From an uncultured Gammaproteobacteria bacterium (GTDB lineage: Bacteria; Patescibacteriota; Patescibacteriia; Magasanikbacterales; GWA2-37-8), in NCBI GenBank assembly GCA_964641245.1, contig CAZXML010000003.1:17395-81394 (forward strand): a stretch of DNA of 64,000 bases. Reading direction: 5' to 3'. Shown piece by piece: positions 19,257 to 29,057 of the stretch. The notes beneath the pieces were generated by a model. The model did no database searches, had not been told where the DNA came from, and worked only from the letters and a program-made list of their open reading frames with translations. The translations under genes were made by a program, and so were the position numbers. Position 1 is the stretch's first letter. Each line of letters starts with the position of its first letter.

Positions 19257-20807
19257 TTAAATCAAACTTTTCGCTGTCATTTCCGGTGGCTGTTTTATGC
19301 CCATCATTTTTAAAATAGTGGGAGCAACATTGGCCAGCTTGCCGTCCGGCAATTTAAGAGGCGCCGGCACGCGGCTGTTTATTAGAATAAACGGCACCGG
19401 ATTAAGTGAGTGTTCGGTATCAGGTTCGCCACTTTGCTCCTTTATCATTTCTTCTACATTTCCATGATCCGCAGTGACAACTGCCTGTCCGCCGTGTTTT
19501 GTTAAAACTTTAATTACGCGCGCCATTTCGGCATCGACAATACTTACTCCTTTTTGCGCGGAGGCAAAATTTCCCGTATGCGCCACCATATCCATATTGG
19601 CAAAATTCATGGCAATAAACTCGTATTCACCCGATTCAATGGCGCCAATTGCGTAATCGGCCAGCAGTTTGGCGCTCATCTCCGTATTGTTCTCATAATT
19701 TTTTACTCCCAATGAGGCGATTTTTACCCACTTTTCATTGCAAAAATGCTGCGCGTAACCGCCATTAAAAAAATAAGTAATATGCGCAAATTTTTCCGAT
19801 TCCGCTATGTACATTTGTTTTCTGGGACATAATACTTGCACCAAGCTATTGGTAACATCTCGGCTGGGAAAAGCGGTAAGTACCCCCGGTAAATCCGGGC
19901 CAAAATCACTAAGAGCTACAAAGCGGATATTTTTTGGATACTTTTCTCTTGTAAACGCTCCGGGATTAAGCTCTTTAAAATTTGGCTGCACAAAAACTTT
20001 GGTAATTTGCCGCGCCCGGTCGCTGCGTAAATTAAAAAAGAAAATAGCATCATTGTCTTTTATGGTGGCTACGGGATGATTATTTTCCATAATTACCGTG
20101 GGAGAAACAAATTCGTCCGTGTCTTCGTGATTATAGGCGTTTCTAAGACCGTCTTCAATGCTTGTGGCGCTAAATCCCTTGCCCAAAACCATAGCTTCAT
20201 AAGCTTGCTTGACGCGGTTCCAATCTTTATTTCTGTCCATAGCATAAAAACGGCCCATTACGGTGGCCACTTTTTCATTGCCATGAAAAAATTTTTCCAG
20301 AAGCCGCAAATGCTTGTGCGCTTCGTATTGGCCGGAATCCCGACCGTCCGTAAAAAGATGCAGATAAACCTTTTTTATTTTTTCGAGATGAAATAACTCC
20401 AACAAAGCCTGGAGATGCTCCGGGCAAGAATGCGCGCTGCTATGATTAGATAATAATCCCATTACGTGAACTGCGGTTTTATATTTTTTTACATGATGAA
20501 TCGCTTCGTGGAAGGCGTTATTTTTAAAAAACGTGCCGTCTTCAATTGAGTCGGATATATAAAGCGCGTCTTGTTTTACCACTCTGCCCGCGCCTAAATT
20601 TAAATGACCGGCTTCACTGTTGCCTGCCTGCCCCTTAAACAGCCCGACACTCTCACCGCTGGCCTCCAATTTGCAATTAGGATATTTTTTAAGCGCCCTA
20701 AAATAATTTGGCGCTGTTTTGGGAGTGATTGGATTGCCCGGTTCATGAGGGTTTCCAATTCCCCAACCATCTACAATCATTAAAAGTGTTGTTTTAAATT
20801 TTTTCAT
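19257..20807 (-). CDS. gpmI: iPGM paralog (second 2,3-BPG-independent phosphoglycerate mutase)
   Basis: 516 aa. LLMIVDGWGIG and homology throughout to the upstream copy. Confidence 0.85.
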   Translation of the reverse strand: MKKFKTTLLMIVDGWGIGNPHEPGNPITPKTAPNYFRALKKYPNCKLEASGESVGLFKGQAGNSEAGHLNLGAGRVVKQDALYISDSIEDGTFFKNNAFHEAIHHVKKYKTAVHVMGLLSNHSSAHSCPEHLQALLELFHLEKIKKVYLHLFTDGRDSGQYEAHKHLRLLEKFFHGNEKVATVMGRFYAMDRNKDWNRVKQAYEAMVLGKGFSATSIEDGLRNAYNHEDTDEFVSPTVIMENNHPVATIKDNDAIFFFNLRSDRARQITKVFVQPNFKELNPGAFTREKYPKNIRFVALSDFGPDLPGVLTAFPSRDVTNSLVQVLCPRKQMYIAESEKFAHITYFFNGGYAQHFCNEKWVKIASLGVKNYENNTEMSAKLLADYAIGAIESGEYEFIAMNFANMDMVAHTGNFASAQKGVSIVDAEMARVIKVLTKHGGQAVVTADHGNVEEMIKEQSGEPDTEHSLNPVPFILINSRVPAPLKLPDGKLANVAPTILKMMGIKQPPEMTAKSLI

Positions 20808-20815
20808 AGATTTTA

Positions 20816-22063
20816 TTACATTCCCAGTTCCAGCTCAATTTCCATTAAACGATTATACTTCTCTACTCTTTCGGAACGGGACATGGAGCCCGTTTTGATA
20901 AATTCGGAATTAACGGCTACCGCCAAATCGGCAATAAAAGTATCCGCAGTTTCTCCACTGCGGTGCGAAATAAAAATTTGATAATTGTTCTTGCGGGCTA
21001 AGCTGATGGCGTTTATGGTTTCGGTAAGAGAGCCAATCTGATTAACTTTTATAAGCACGGTATTCGCGACATGCTCGTTTATTCCCCGCTGAATCCGCTC
21101 TACGTTAGTAACAAACAAATCATCGCCGACTAAATTTATTTTTTTGCCCAATTCTTTTGTGAGTAACTGCCAATTCTCCCAATCGTCTTCCGCCAAACCG
21201 TCTTCAATGGAAACAATGGGATATTTTTTTACCCATTGTTTTAGCACCTCTATCATTTTTGCCGGACGCCAGCCTTGTTTTTTACCGAGGAAATAATAAT
21301 TGCCGTGGCGGTAGAATTCCGAAGCAGCCACATCCAGCGCCAAAAAAACATGTTTGCCCGGTTCCCAGCCAGCCAGTTTTATGGCTTCAAGAATTAATTG
21401 GACGCCGCGTTCGTTATTTAACAACTCCGGCGCAAACCCGCCTTCATCGCCAACACCGGTTGAATACCCTTTTTGGCTAAGTAGATTGGCCAGTGAATGA
21501 AAAATTTGCGAACCCATACGAACACGTTCGCGCAATAATTTATGCCTGGGCATTATCATAAACTCCTGAATGGAAAGACCGTTGTCGGCATGGCGTCCGC
21601 CATTTATTATATTCATGCCCAAAACCGGCAAGCGATAATCTTTTTCCGGAATTTTATAAACATGCCGGATGTATTTATAAAGTGGCATATTCATCGCCAT
21701 TGCTCCGGTGCGCGCAACCGCCAAAGATACGGCTAAAATCGCATTGGCGCCCAGTCTGGATTTGGTTTTGGTTCCATCCAGCGCAATCATTGCGTTGTCT
21801 ATTTCCTGGATTTTAGCAACTTCCATTCCGCAAATTGCTTTGGCGATTTCGGTGTTAACATTTTTTACAGCCCGAAGAACACCTTTGCCGCCATAGCGCT
21901 TACCGCCATCCCGCAATTCCAAAGCTTCGTGCGTGCCGGTAGAAGCCCCGGAAGGAACTTTGGCCGCCGCGCTGATGCCATTTTCCAGAACAACTTTCGC
22001 TTCCACTGTCGGATTACCGCGCGAGTCCAGTATTTCACGGGCAACAATTTGTTTAATCTGCAT
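20816..22063 (-). CDS. eno: Enolase
   Basis: 415 aa. [22 protein letters not shown]. Confidence 0.95.
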   Translation of the reverse strand: MQIKQIVAREILDSRGNPTVEAKVVLENGISAAAKVPSGASTGTHEALELRDGGKRYGGKGVLRAVKNVNTEIAKAICGMEVAKIQEIDNAMIALDGTKTKSRLGANAILAVSLAVARTGAMAMNMPLYKYIRHVYKIPEKDYRLPVLGMNIINGGRHADNGLSIQEFMIMPRHKLLRERVRMGSQIFHSLANLLSQKGYSTGVGDEGGFAPELLNNERGVQLILEAIKLAGWEPGKHVFLALDVAASEFYRHGNYYFLGKKQGWRPAKMIEVLKQWVKKYPIVSIEDGLAEDDWENWQLLTKELGKKINLVGDDLFVTNVERIQRGINEHVANTVLIKVNQIGSLTETINAISLARKNNYQIFISHRSGETADTFIADLAVAVNSEFIKTGSMSRSERVEKYNRLMEIELELGM

Positions 22064-22088
22064 AACTTTTAAAAAGTGAATTAAAGTA

Positions 22089-22157
22089 TGTCATGCTGAA
22101 CTCGTTTCAGCATCTACTGTACACTTGATTAGATCCTGAAACAAGTTCAGGATGACA
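22089..22157. repeat. Family A palindromic element
   Basis: tgtcatgctgaactcgtttcagcatc ... gatcctgaaacaagttcaggatgaca. Confidence 0.85.
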
Positions 22158-22242
22158 TGCGAAGTGTAAAACCTTCAGCCATTATATCACACCACCTTTA
22201 AACAAAAAAGAGCCTTTTTGGGCCCTCTTTTGTATAAAATTT

Positions 22243-23118
22243 TTACTGTATAATTTCGAAAGTAATGCTTACATTCATGGACACATCCTTACTGCCGCCG
22301 GATATTGCGGCCGGGGCAGATACGCCGCCTCCGCCCATTCCTTCCGCGTACATCATTTTAGGCTGATACAAATCATTACCGCCTTCATATTCATTGTAAC
22401 TGACGACTCCGCCCAATCGGACTCCGATAGAATTGGCTAAATGCGCCGCTCTAACCTTTACATCCGCCAACGCTTTATCGCGCGCCTGCGATTTTAAATT
22501 TTCCGGTTCGTCTATTGTAAAACTTAAACCGCTAACTTCGGTGGCTCCGTATTTTCCGGCCAAAGATAGTACCGAGCTAATTTTACCTAAATCTCTAATT
22601 TTTATAGTCAAACTATTGCTGACGCGATAACCCTTCAGCTCTTGCCCTTTATCTTGGGTGTAATTATAATCCGGATAAATAGAGTAATTGCTTTGCATGT
22701 CTTTGTCGGCAATGCCCATCTTTTTTAATTCCGCAAAAATTTGGTCCATTACTTTTTTGTTATCGGCCTGCGCTTGGGCCACATCTTTGCTGGTATTAGA
22801 ATAACCCATAGTGGTGACGGCGATGTCGTTGTTGCCGTTTACTTTGCCAAAACCATTTACCGTAATGGTTCTTTCCATTCGGTCGGCTTTGCCGATAAAA
22901 TTATACTTCTGAACATTGTTGCGAATAAGTGTACCCACATAAAACACCAAATAAACCAACAAGATACCGACAATAGTCATGATTATTTTTTTGGCGAAAT
23001 GATTATGAAAACCATGCCCACCCTTGCCGCAACATGATTTTTCCGTCATTGGTTCCTGTTTAATTCCTCCTGTTGGTAATGCCATATGTTTAAAATTAAG
23101 AATTATGAATTTAGGCAA
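22243..23118 (-). CDS. SIMPL-domain (DUF541) membrane-anchored protein
   Basis: 291 aa. N-terminal TM helix and SIMPL-like body. C-terminal low-complexity G-rich tail. Confidence 0.6.
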   Translation of the reverse strand: MPKFIILNFKHMALPTGGIKQEPMTEKSCCGKGGHGFHNHFAKKIIMTIVGILLVYLVFYVGTLIRNNVQKYNFIGKADRMERTITVNGFGKVNGNNDIAVTTMGYSNTSKDVAQAQADNKKVMDQIFAELKKMGIADKDMQSNYSIYPDYNYTQDKGQELKGYRVSNSLTIKIRDLGKISSVLSLAGKYGATEVSGLSFTIDEPENLKSQARDKALADVKVRAAHLANSIGVRLGGVVSYNEYEGGNDLYQPKMMYAEGMGGGGVSAPAAISGGSKDVSMNVSITFEIIQ

Positions 23119-23123
23119 TTGGT

Positions 23124-23211
23124 TGTCATTGCGAGGAGCCGTAGCGACGTGGCAATCCCATTGTCGGTACTACCAGTACTTTGGGATTGCTTCGCTAAGC
23201 TCGCAATGACA
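23124..23211. repeat. Family C palindromic element (gtcattgcgag...gcaatccc / gggattgc...ctcgcaatgac)
   Basis: Near-reverse-complement twin at 63668-63756. Confidence 0.85.
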
Positions 23212-24376
23212 GCGCTTCTATTCCCGGTAATTTCTTCCCACTTAGGTATTCTATCATAGATCCGCCTCCGGTTGAAGCCAGGTCAATATCTCCGATAAGT
23301 CGCAGTTTTTTTAATATTTCTATGGTTTCTCCGCCGCCCGTAACACCAAAGGCTTTTCCTTTTGCCCTGGCGGCAATTAAATGAGCAACGGAATAAGTGC
23401 CATATTCATACGGATGCTGTTCAAAATAACCCACGGCTCCGTTCCAAACCAAGGTTTGCGCTTTTTTTATGTATTTAGAAAATAATTTTATAGTTTTTGG
23501 CCCGATATCAAATATGGATTGGCTTTTATTTCTTAGATTTAAATTTTTAACATCTACCGCGTGCGCCAACTTTCCATCTTTTGTGCCTACTATTACATCT
23601 ACCGGTAAAATCACGCCTCTTTTGGAACAATACTTTAAAATTTCTTTTTTTAAATTTTTATCTACAAATGAACCGCCGACGTTATAACCTTTTGCCCACA
23701 GATAAGTATTTAAAATTCCGCCGCCCACCAAAATATGATTCGCTTTTTTTAACAAACTTTTTAAAACCGGAATTTTGGTTTCTGTTTTTATGCCAGCCAA
23801 AACGACTACAAATGGTTTTCTGGGGCTTTTTAGAACACAACTTAAACCCTCGATTTCTTCTTCCAGCAATAATCCTGCGTAAGACGGCAAATATTTGGTA
23901 ACGCCTGTTACTGAAGCCGCCCAGCGATGAGCAACGGCAAACCCGTCTAACACAAACACATCGGCCAAGCGGGCCAGTTCTTTGGAAAATTGCTCGGAAC
24001 ATTCTTCTTCCCCTTTTACAAAACGGATGTTTTCCAGCATTACTACCGCGCTGGGGAATAATTTCTCTATTTGAATTTTAGCTTTTTTTAAATCTTTAAC
24101 GTCCAGCAATTTAACGTTTTTCTGCAAAAACTTTCCTAACTCGCCCGCTACCGGTTTTAAACTTAATTTTTTATCTACTCCATTTGGCCTGCCCAAATGG
24201 CTGACTAAAATAATCTTAGCGCGTTTTTCCATTAAAAATTTAATGGTCGCCAAGCTTTTTTTTATTTTATAATTATCCAAAACCTTTCCGCCTTTTATTG
24301 GCACATTAAAATCCACGCGCACCAGCACATTTTTATTGGCTAAATTCTTTAGATGTTGAATAGATTTTATTTTCAC
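23195..24376 (-). CDS. pgk: Phosphoglycerate kinase (GTG start)
   Basis: 393 aa. VRVDFNVP N-terminal signature. Confidence 0.95.
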   Translation of the reverse strand: MKIKSIQHLKNLANKNVLVRVDFNVPIKGGKVLDNYKIKKSLATIKFLMEKRAKIILVSHLGRPNGVDKKLSLKPVAGELGKFLQKNVKLLDVKDLKKAKIQIEKLFPSAVVMLENIRFVKGEEECSEQFSKELARLADVFVLDGFAVAHRWAASVTGVTKYLPSYAGLLLEEEIEGLSCVLKSPRKPFVVVLAGIKTETKIPVLKSLLKKANHILVGGGILNTYLWAKGYNVGGSFVDKNLKKEILKYCSKRGVILPVDVIVGTKDGKLAHAVDVKNLNLRNKSQSIFDIGPKTIKLFSKYIKKAQTLVWNGAVGYFEQHPYEYGTYSVAHLIAARAKGKAFGVTGGGETIEILKKLRLIGDIDLASTGGGSMIEYLSGKKLPGIEALSLRA

Positions 24377-24451
24377 ACAAAGTGAGAGAAATTAAAATTT
24401 ATTTTTATTTCCGAACGTGTATAGAATATACCTTAGTATACCATGAAAAGA

Positions 24452-25504
24452 TTACTCCGTTAAATTTTCATACCCAACCTCATCCGGCCACAAATAATGG
24501 TCAAAAGTCCATTCCGCCAAATCACGCGCTTCGCTGAATCTGGCTTCATTGGTGGCGGCGCCGAATATTACCACCGTGATGCCGTGTTTTTTTTCATTGC
24601 TTAAACTGACAACAAAATTATAGCCGGAGTCGTCTATGTAGCCGGTTTTGCCGGCGATGTTTTCCACTTTAAAATTATTGGGAATCCAGTTTGTTAACAG
24701 CCAGTTGGTTGTCCAAACTCTTCTGAGTTTATTGCCGTTTAGCGGTTGGACGTAATACTCTCCGGTCTGCACAGTGGTAAAAATTTTATCAAATTTTAAA
24801 GCGTCTATGAGCAGTTTGGCCGTATCCAGCGCATTGGCCATATTTTTACCGGATAACCCGGTTGGCTCGCTAAAACGGGCCGACGCCAGACGCAAATCTT
24901 TTGCTTTGGCGTTCATCAAACCGACAAACGCCTCTTTGGAAATTCCGGAATTTCTTACTAGCGCGTTAATAGATGCGTTGGAAGAACCAATTAATGCTAC
25001 ATGCCACAAATCTTCCAAGGTGAATTTTTCGCCCACATTAACATGATGATCCCCGGCCACATCGTCGTCCATAATTACGGTTGTTGACGCCCAATCAACC
25101 GGCAAATCCATTAATACCATGGCGGTCATTAATTTAGTAATGCTGGCCAGTGAACGAACTTCGCCGGTATTTTTACTGAATAAAACAGTTTTTGTTTTGG
25201 TGTCTACCACGATCGCCTCGGCGGCCGTGCTGGAACCGGAAAAAACAACCTTATCTTTTGCCAGAGGAACAGCTGGTTTGCTGGCCGGTAAATTTTCCAG
25301 ATAAACATCCCCGCCGGCCATTACTCTTTTACCGCCTGCCTGGCCGGCAGGCAGGCTGGCGGGAAATTTAAGAAAACTAAGATTATTTCCGGGAGCAAAA
25401 AAAACCGAAGAAAAAAATAACAATAAAACGCCGGCCAGCATTATGCCGAAGGATGATAAAAAATCTGTGACTTTGTTGGACATACTTTTCGCGCGGTTTG
25501 TCAT
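24452..25504 (-). CDS. D-alanyl-D-alanine carboxypeptidase (peptidase S11, PBP5/6-like)
   Basis: 350 aa. SxxK (SITK), SxN (SSN) and KTG motifs. N-terminal TM anchor. Confidence 0.8.
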   Translation of the reverse strand: MTNRAKSMSNKVTDFLSSFGIMLAGVLLLFFSSVFFAPGNNLSFLKFPASLPAGQAGGKRVMAGGDVYLENLPASKPAVPLAKDKVVFSGSSTAAEAIVVDTKTKTVLFSKNTGEVRSLASITKLMTAMVLMDLPVDWASTTVIMDDDVAGDHHVNVGEKFTLEDLWHVALIGSSNASINALVRNSGISKEAFVGLMNAKAKDLRLASARFSEPTGLSGKNMANALDTAKLLIDALKFDKIFTTVQTGEYYVQPLNGNKLRRVWTTNWLLTNWIPNNFKVENIAGKTGYIDDSGYNFVVSLSNEKKHGITVVIFGAATNEARFSEARDLAEWTFDHYLWPDEVGYENLTE

Positions 25505-25559
25505 GCTGAACTTGTTTCAGCATCTTTCGTGTAGATCCTGAAACAAGTTCAGGATGACA
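25499..25559. repeat. Family A palindromic element (ATGACA terminus is the dacA-like start codon)
   Basis: tgtcatgctgaacttgtttcagcatc ... gatcctgaaacaagttcaggatgaca. Confidence 0.85.
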
Positions 25560-25562
25560 GTA

Positions 25563-26132
25563 TTATTCTAAATCTAAATTTGTGATATACGGGTGTTTGT
25601 GCAATTCCGGGTAATTCGGCAATTCTTCCAAACTATTTAAACCCAGATGCCTTAGATAATCCATGGTAACTTCGTACGCCGGCAAGAGGTTGGCGCTGTC
25701 TTCGTTTTCTTTTACCAAACCACGCAACATTAAATTGCGTAAAATAAGACTGCAATTTACCCCGCGGATTTGTTCCAGTTCCGGCTTGGTGATTGGCCCG
25801 CAATAGGAAACTACCGTTAAAGTTTCCAGCTGCGGCCTGGTTAACTCTCCCGAAACTTCTGCTTTCAAAAAATTCTCGGATACTTCTTTATTGTCCGCGC
25901 TGGCCACCATTTGCCACTCGTCTCCGTTTTGTAAAACAGTTACACCGGAATCTTCGTTATTATATTTTAATTGTATCTCTTTTAATAATTCCAACACTTC
26001 TTCTTCGCGGTTTTTGCCGCCCCGAGGCGGCACCCCGCCCGCCGGCGGTGGCAAAACAACCACTATTTTTTTTACGGATAAAGGTTTGGAAGCGACAAAT
26101 AATATGGATTCAATTTTTGATTTATTGGACAT
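25563..26132 (-). CDS. scpB: Segregation and condensation protein B
   Basis: 189 aa. IESILFVASKPLS. Contains an in-frame GC-rich hairpin insertion encoding PPPAGGVPPRGGKN (about 25995-26045). Confidence 0.8.
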   Translation of the reverse strand: MSNKSKIESILFVASKPLSVKKIVVVLPPPAGGVPPRGGKNREEEVLELLKEIQLKYNNEDSGVTVLQNGDEWQMVASADNKEVSENFLKAEVSGELTRPQLETLTVVSYCGPITKPELEQIRGVNCSLILRNLMLRGLVKENEDSANLLPAYEVTMDYLRHLGLNSLEELPNYPELHKHPYITNLDLE

Positions 26133-26133
26133 G

Positions 26134-26844
26134 CTAGTTTTTAGTAACTAATAAATCTTCAAACGCGTTTACCTGCCGGAAACGAACCGATTGCTGTTTG
26201 ACTAATTCCAGAATGGCTAAAAAACTGACTATGACTTCGGTTTTATTTTGCGCCGAGGACAGCAAATTTTTAAAGCTGAATTCTTTTCCGCTTTTTAATA
26301 ACTCACGGATGGAGTCTATTTTTTGCTTGATGGAAATAGAATGATCGATGCTTACCTTTGGCAACGGCTCCAGCGGTTTTAAGCGGTTAAGCAGAAAAAC
26401 CATGGAGTTGTACAAATTATTCGTAGTGGCATTGACCGGTAAAACAAATTCTTTAGACTTTATCGGCGGCTCAATTCTGCCGTAAGCAATTTTATTGGCC
26501 TCCCACAAACTATTTACGGTCTTACTGGCCTCTACATACTGTTTGTATAATTTTAACTGATCCGCCAGCCCCGGACCAGTATCCTCTTCTTCGGGAAACG
26601 CGTACTGCAACAAGCTATGCGATTTTAAATAAATAAGCCGGGCGGCAACAACCAAAAAATCTGCCAGTTCTTCGGGACGATTTTTTTCCAGCTTGTCTAA
26701 ATAGGAAAAAAACTGCTCGGTAACTTTGGCTAAGGCAATTTCGGTGATGCTTAACTTTTCCTGATCAACCAGTTGCAACAATAAATCCAAAGGCCCTTCA
26801 AATTTTTCCAGTTTTAGTTCTTGCATATAACTTACTTTTGTCAT
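26134..26844 (-). CDS. scpA: Segregation and condensation protein A
   Basis: 236 aa. LELLLQLVDQEKLSITEIALAKVTEQF. Confidence 0.8.
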   Translation of the reverse strand: MTKVSYMQELKLEKFEGPLDLLLQLVDQEKLSITEIALAKVTEQFFSYLDKLEKNRPEELADFLVVAARLIYLKSHSLLQYAFPEEEDTGPGLADQLKLYKQYVEASKTVNSLWEANKIAYGRIEPPIKSKEFVLPVNATTNNLYNSMVFLLNRLKPLEPLPKVSIDHSISIKQKIDSIRELLKSGKEFSFKNLLSSAQNKTEVIVSFLAILELVKQQSVRFRQVNAFEDLLVTKN

Positions 26845-26910
26845 CCTGAACTTGTTTCAGGATCTTTCGAATCTGACGGCGATAGATGCTGAAACAAGTT
26901 CAGCATGACA
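26839..26910. repeat. Family A palindromic element (ATGACA terminus is the scpA start codon)
   Basis: tgtcatcctgaacttgtttcaggatc ... gatgctgaaacaagttcagcatgaca. Confidence 0.85.
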
Positions 26911-26921
26911 ACTACCTTGCC

Positions 26922-28307
26922 TTATTCTGCTAATCGTATATGCACATCTTTTAGCGCCTGCGCCGGCAACTCCGACGGCGCGCTCATCATTAAATCTCTG
27001 GCATCACCTGTTTTTGGGAAGGCCATTACCTCGCGGATATTTTCTTCACCCTGCAAAATCGCAATTATTCTGTCTAAGCCCAAAGCAATGCCTCCGTGCG
27101 GTGGCGGACCAAAAGTAAATGCTTCAAGAATATGCCCAAAACGTGATTGTATTTCCGCTTCCGATAAACCCAGCAATTCAAAAACTTTTTTCTGCAATTC
27201 TCTTTCAAAAATTCTTAAACTACCGCCGCCGATTTCAAAACCGTTCAGCACAATATCGTAGGCCGCGGCTCTGGCTTGCGTGGGTTCGCTGTCCAACAAA
27301 CTTAAATCGTCATTGTTTGGCCTGGTAAACGGATGATGCACGGCGCCCAAATTTCCGTCTTTGTCTTTTTCAAACATGGGGAAATCTACCACCCAGCCGA
27401 AGGCCAGATTGTTGGCATCATTGTTTTTTCTTAAATCCGGTTTGTCGTTGCCGTATTTTTCCATAGCTTCCTTATAGGTAAGCCGGGGAAACGGACGCTC
27501 CTGAATTTGCAGATGAGGAAATTGTTCTTCCACCAGGGCTATCATGGCTTTTTCGATTAACTGCATGATGTCTTCCTGGGAAATAAAAGACATTTCCACA
27601 TCAAATTGAGTGAATTCCGGCTGACGGTCGCCACGCTGGTCTTCGTCGCGGAAACAGCGGGCCACCTGAAAATATTTTTCCATTCCCGCCACCATTAACA
27701 ATTGTTTAAATTGCTGGGGAGATTGCGGCAAGACATAAAAATTATACTTGTGCAAACGGGACGGCACAATAAATTCGCGCGCGCCTTCGGGAGTGCCTTT
27801 GGTAAGGCTGGGAGTTTCTATTTCCAAAAAATCCTTCTTGGAAAAATAATTTCGTAAAAATAAAATCAAATCATGGCGGACTTTGATATTTTTTTGCAAA
27901 CGCTGGGAACGCAAATCCAAATAGCGGTATTTTAACCGCATTTCTTCGTTTATAACTTTGGTATCTGTACTGACATCAAACGGCATGGCCTCGGACTCGG
28001 TTAAAACTTTCATGGCCTTGGCCAAAATTTCCACATTGCCGGTGGCCATTTCCGGATTTTTTTGCTTGGCCCCGCGTTCTTGCACTATTCCTTTTATTTC
28101 CACGCAATATTCCAAGCGGGTTTTTTTAACATCCTCATTGGAAGTTTCATCCATTTCATTTGGCACGCAAACCACCTGCACAATCCCCGACCGGTCGCGC
28201 AAATCAAAAAAAGTAATCTTGCTCATATTCCGCCGGGCATTTACCCAGCCTTTAAGCAAAACTTCCTCGCCTATTTTATTTACCGTTTCGGTTGCGTTTG
28301 TTTTCAT
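26922..28307 (-). CDS. aspS: Aspartyl-tRNA synthetase (short form without the bacterial GAD insertion domain)
   Basis: 461 aa. FRDEDQRGDRQPEFTQ (motif 2) and GGGSLR...GLDR (motif 3). Confidence 0.85.
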   Translation of the reverse strand: MKTNATETVNKIGEEVLLKGWVNARRNMSKITFFDLRDRSGIVQVVCVPNEMDETSNEDVKKTRLEYCVEIKGIVQERGAKQKNPEMATGNVEILAKAMKVLTESEAMPFDVSTDTKVINEEMRLKYRYLDLRSQRLQKNIKVRHDLILFLRNYFSKKDFLEIETPSLTKGTPEGAREFIVPSRLHKYNFYVLPQSPQQFKQLLMVAGMEKYFQVARCFRDEDQRGDRQPEFTQFDVEMSFISQEDIMQLIEKAMIALVEEQFPHLQIQERPFPRLTYKEAMEKYGNDKPDLRKNNDANNLAFGWVVDFPMFEKDKDGNLGAVHHPFTRPNNDDLSLLDSEPTQARAAAYDIVLNGFEIGGGSLRIFERELQKKVFELLGLSEAEIQSRFGHILEAFTFGPPPHGGIALGLDRIIAILQGEENIREVMAFPKTGDARDLMMSAPSELPAQALKDVHIRLAE

Positions 28308-28390
28308 ACTTATACACTTGACAAATGTTTAATTATACTGTATTCTATATTCAGAATTCATATTTAAAAGCACCTCTTAATGGTTCGTCC

Positions 28391-28885
28391 TTAAGCGGTG
28401 TTTTTTCTTTTATACTCCAATTTTCGCCTTAAATTATCCATAAATACAATCTTTTCACAGGCAGATTTCTTCAGCAGTGTTGAACAAGTTTCCTTATATG
28501 GACTCATCACCGCGCCAAGCCTGCCTTTTTGATATAAGAAATTAACTAAACTGTAAAAATCGCCGTCACTTGTTATAATTACTGCCTTATCAAAATGATT
28601 TTCATAATAATCAATCATGCTTTGCAAAACTAAATCTGCATCTATATTCCCTTTATGAGAGCCGTCTTTATGGGGCAGTACCGGTTTAAATTTTAAAACA
28701 TAACCCGCCTTTTGTAAACTATCATATAGATCCTGATTTTGGGGTATGTAGCCAATGAATAGATAAGCAATTTCGACTTTATACTTATCCTTTAAGTATA
28801 CTCTAAATCTTTTAAAATCAAGATTCCAACCCAAACTTTGAACACCAAGATTTAAATTTTGGCTATCAATAAACGCGTAATTCAT
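28391..28885 (-). CDS. NYN-domain (LabA/DUF88-like, PIN-fold) putative RNase
   Basis: 164 aa. AFIDSQNL...IITSDGDF pattern. Confidence 0.65.
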   Translation of the reverse strand: MNYAFIDSQNLNLGVQSLGWNLDFKRFRVYLKDKYKVEIAYLFIGYIPQNQDLYDSLQKAGYVLKFKPVLPHKDGSHKGNIDADLVLQSMIDYYENHFDKAVIITSDGDFYSLVNFLYQKGRLGAVMSPYKETCSTLLKKSACEKIVFMDNLRRKLEYKRKNTA

Positions 28886-29057
28886 ACTGCTATAAATAGA
28901 TTATTACTGCCTCAAGCCACCACCACAAAGCGCAAATAGACAGCTCTGCCCGCATAATTTTATCTGGCAACTAATACTATAATACCTCAACTTGGTTTAC
29001 TTTTGAAATTGCTAAAGTGTCCGAGAATCAAAGTATCAAGAATCAAAGCACAAAGTA

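Noticed and set aside
26905-27261. 118-aa plus-strand ORF starting ATGACA (also 48265-48513)
   Set aside because: The start codon is simply the terminal ATGACA of a family A repeat. The ORFs are antisense to aspS and the zinc-ribbon gene and have no coding signal.
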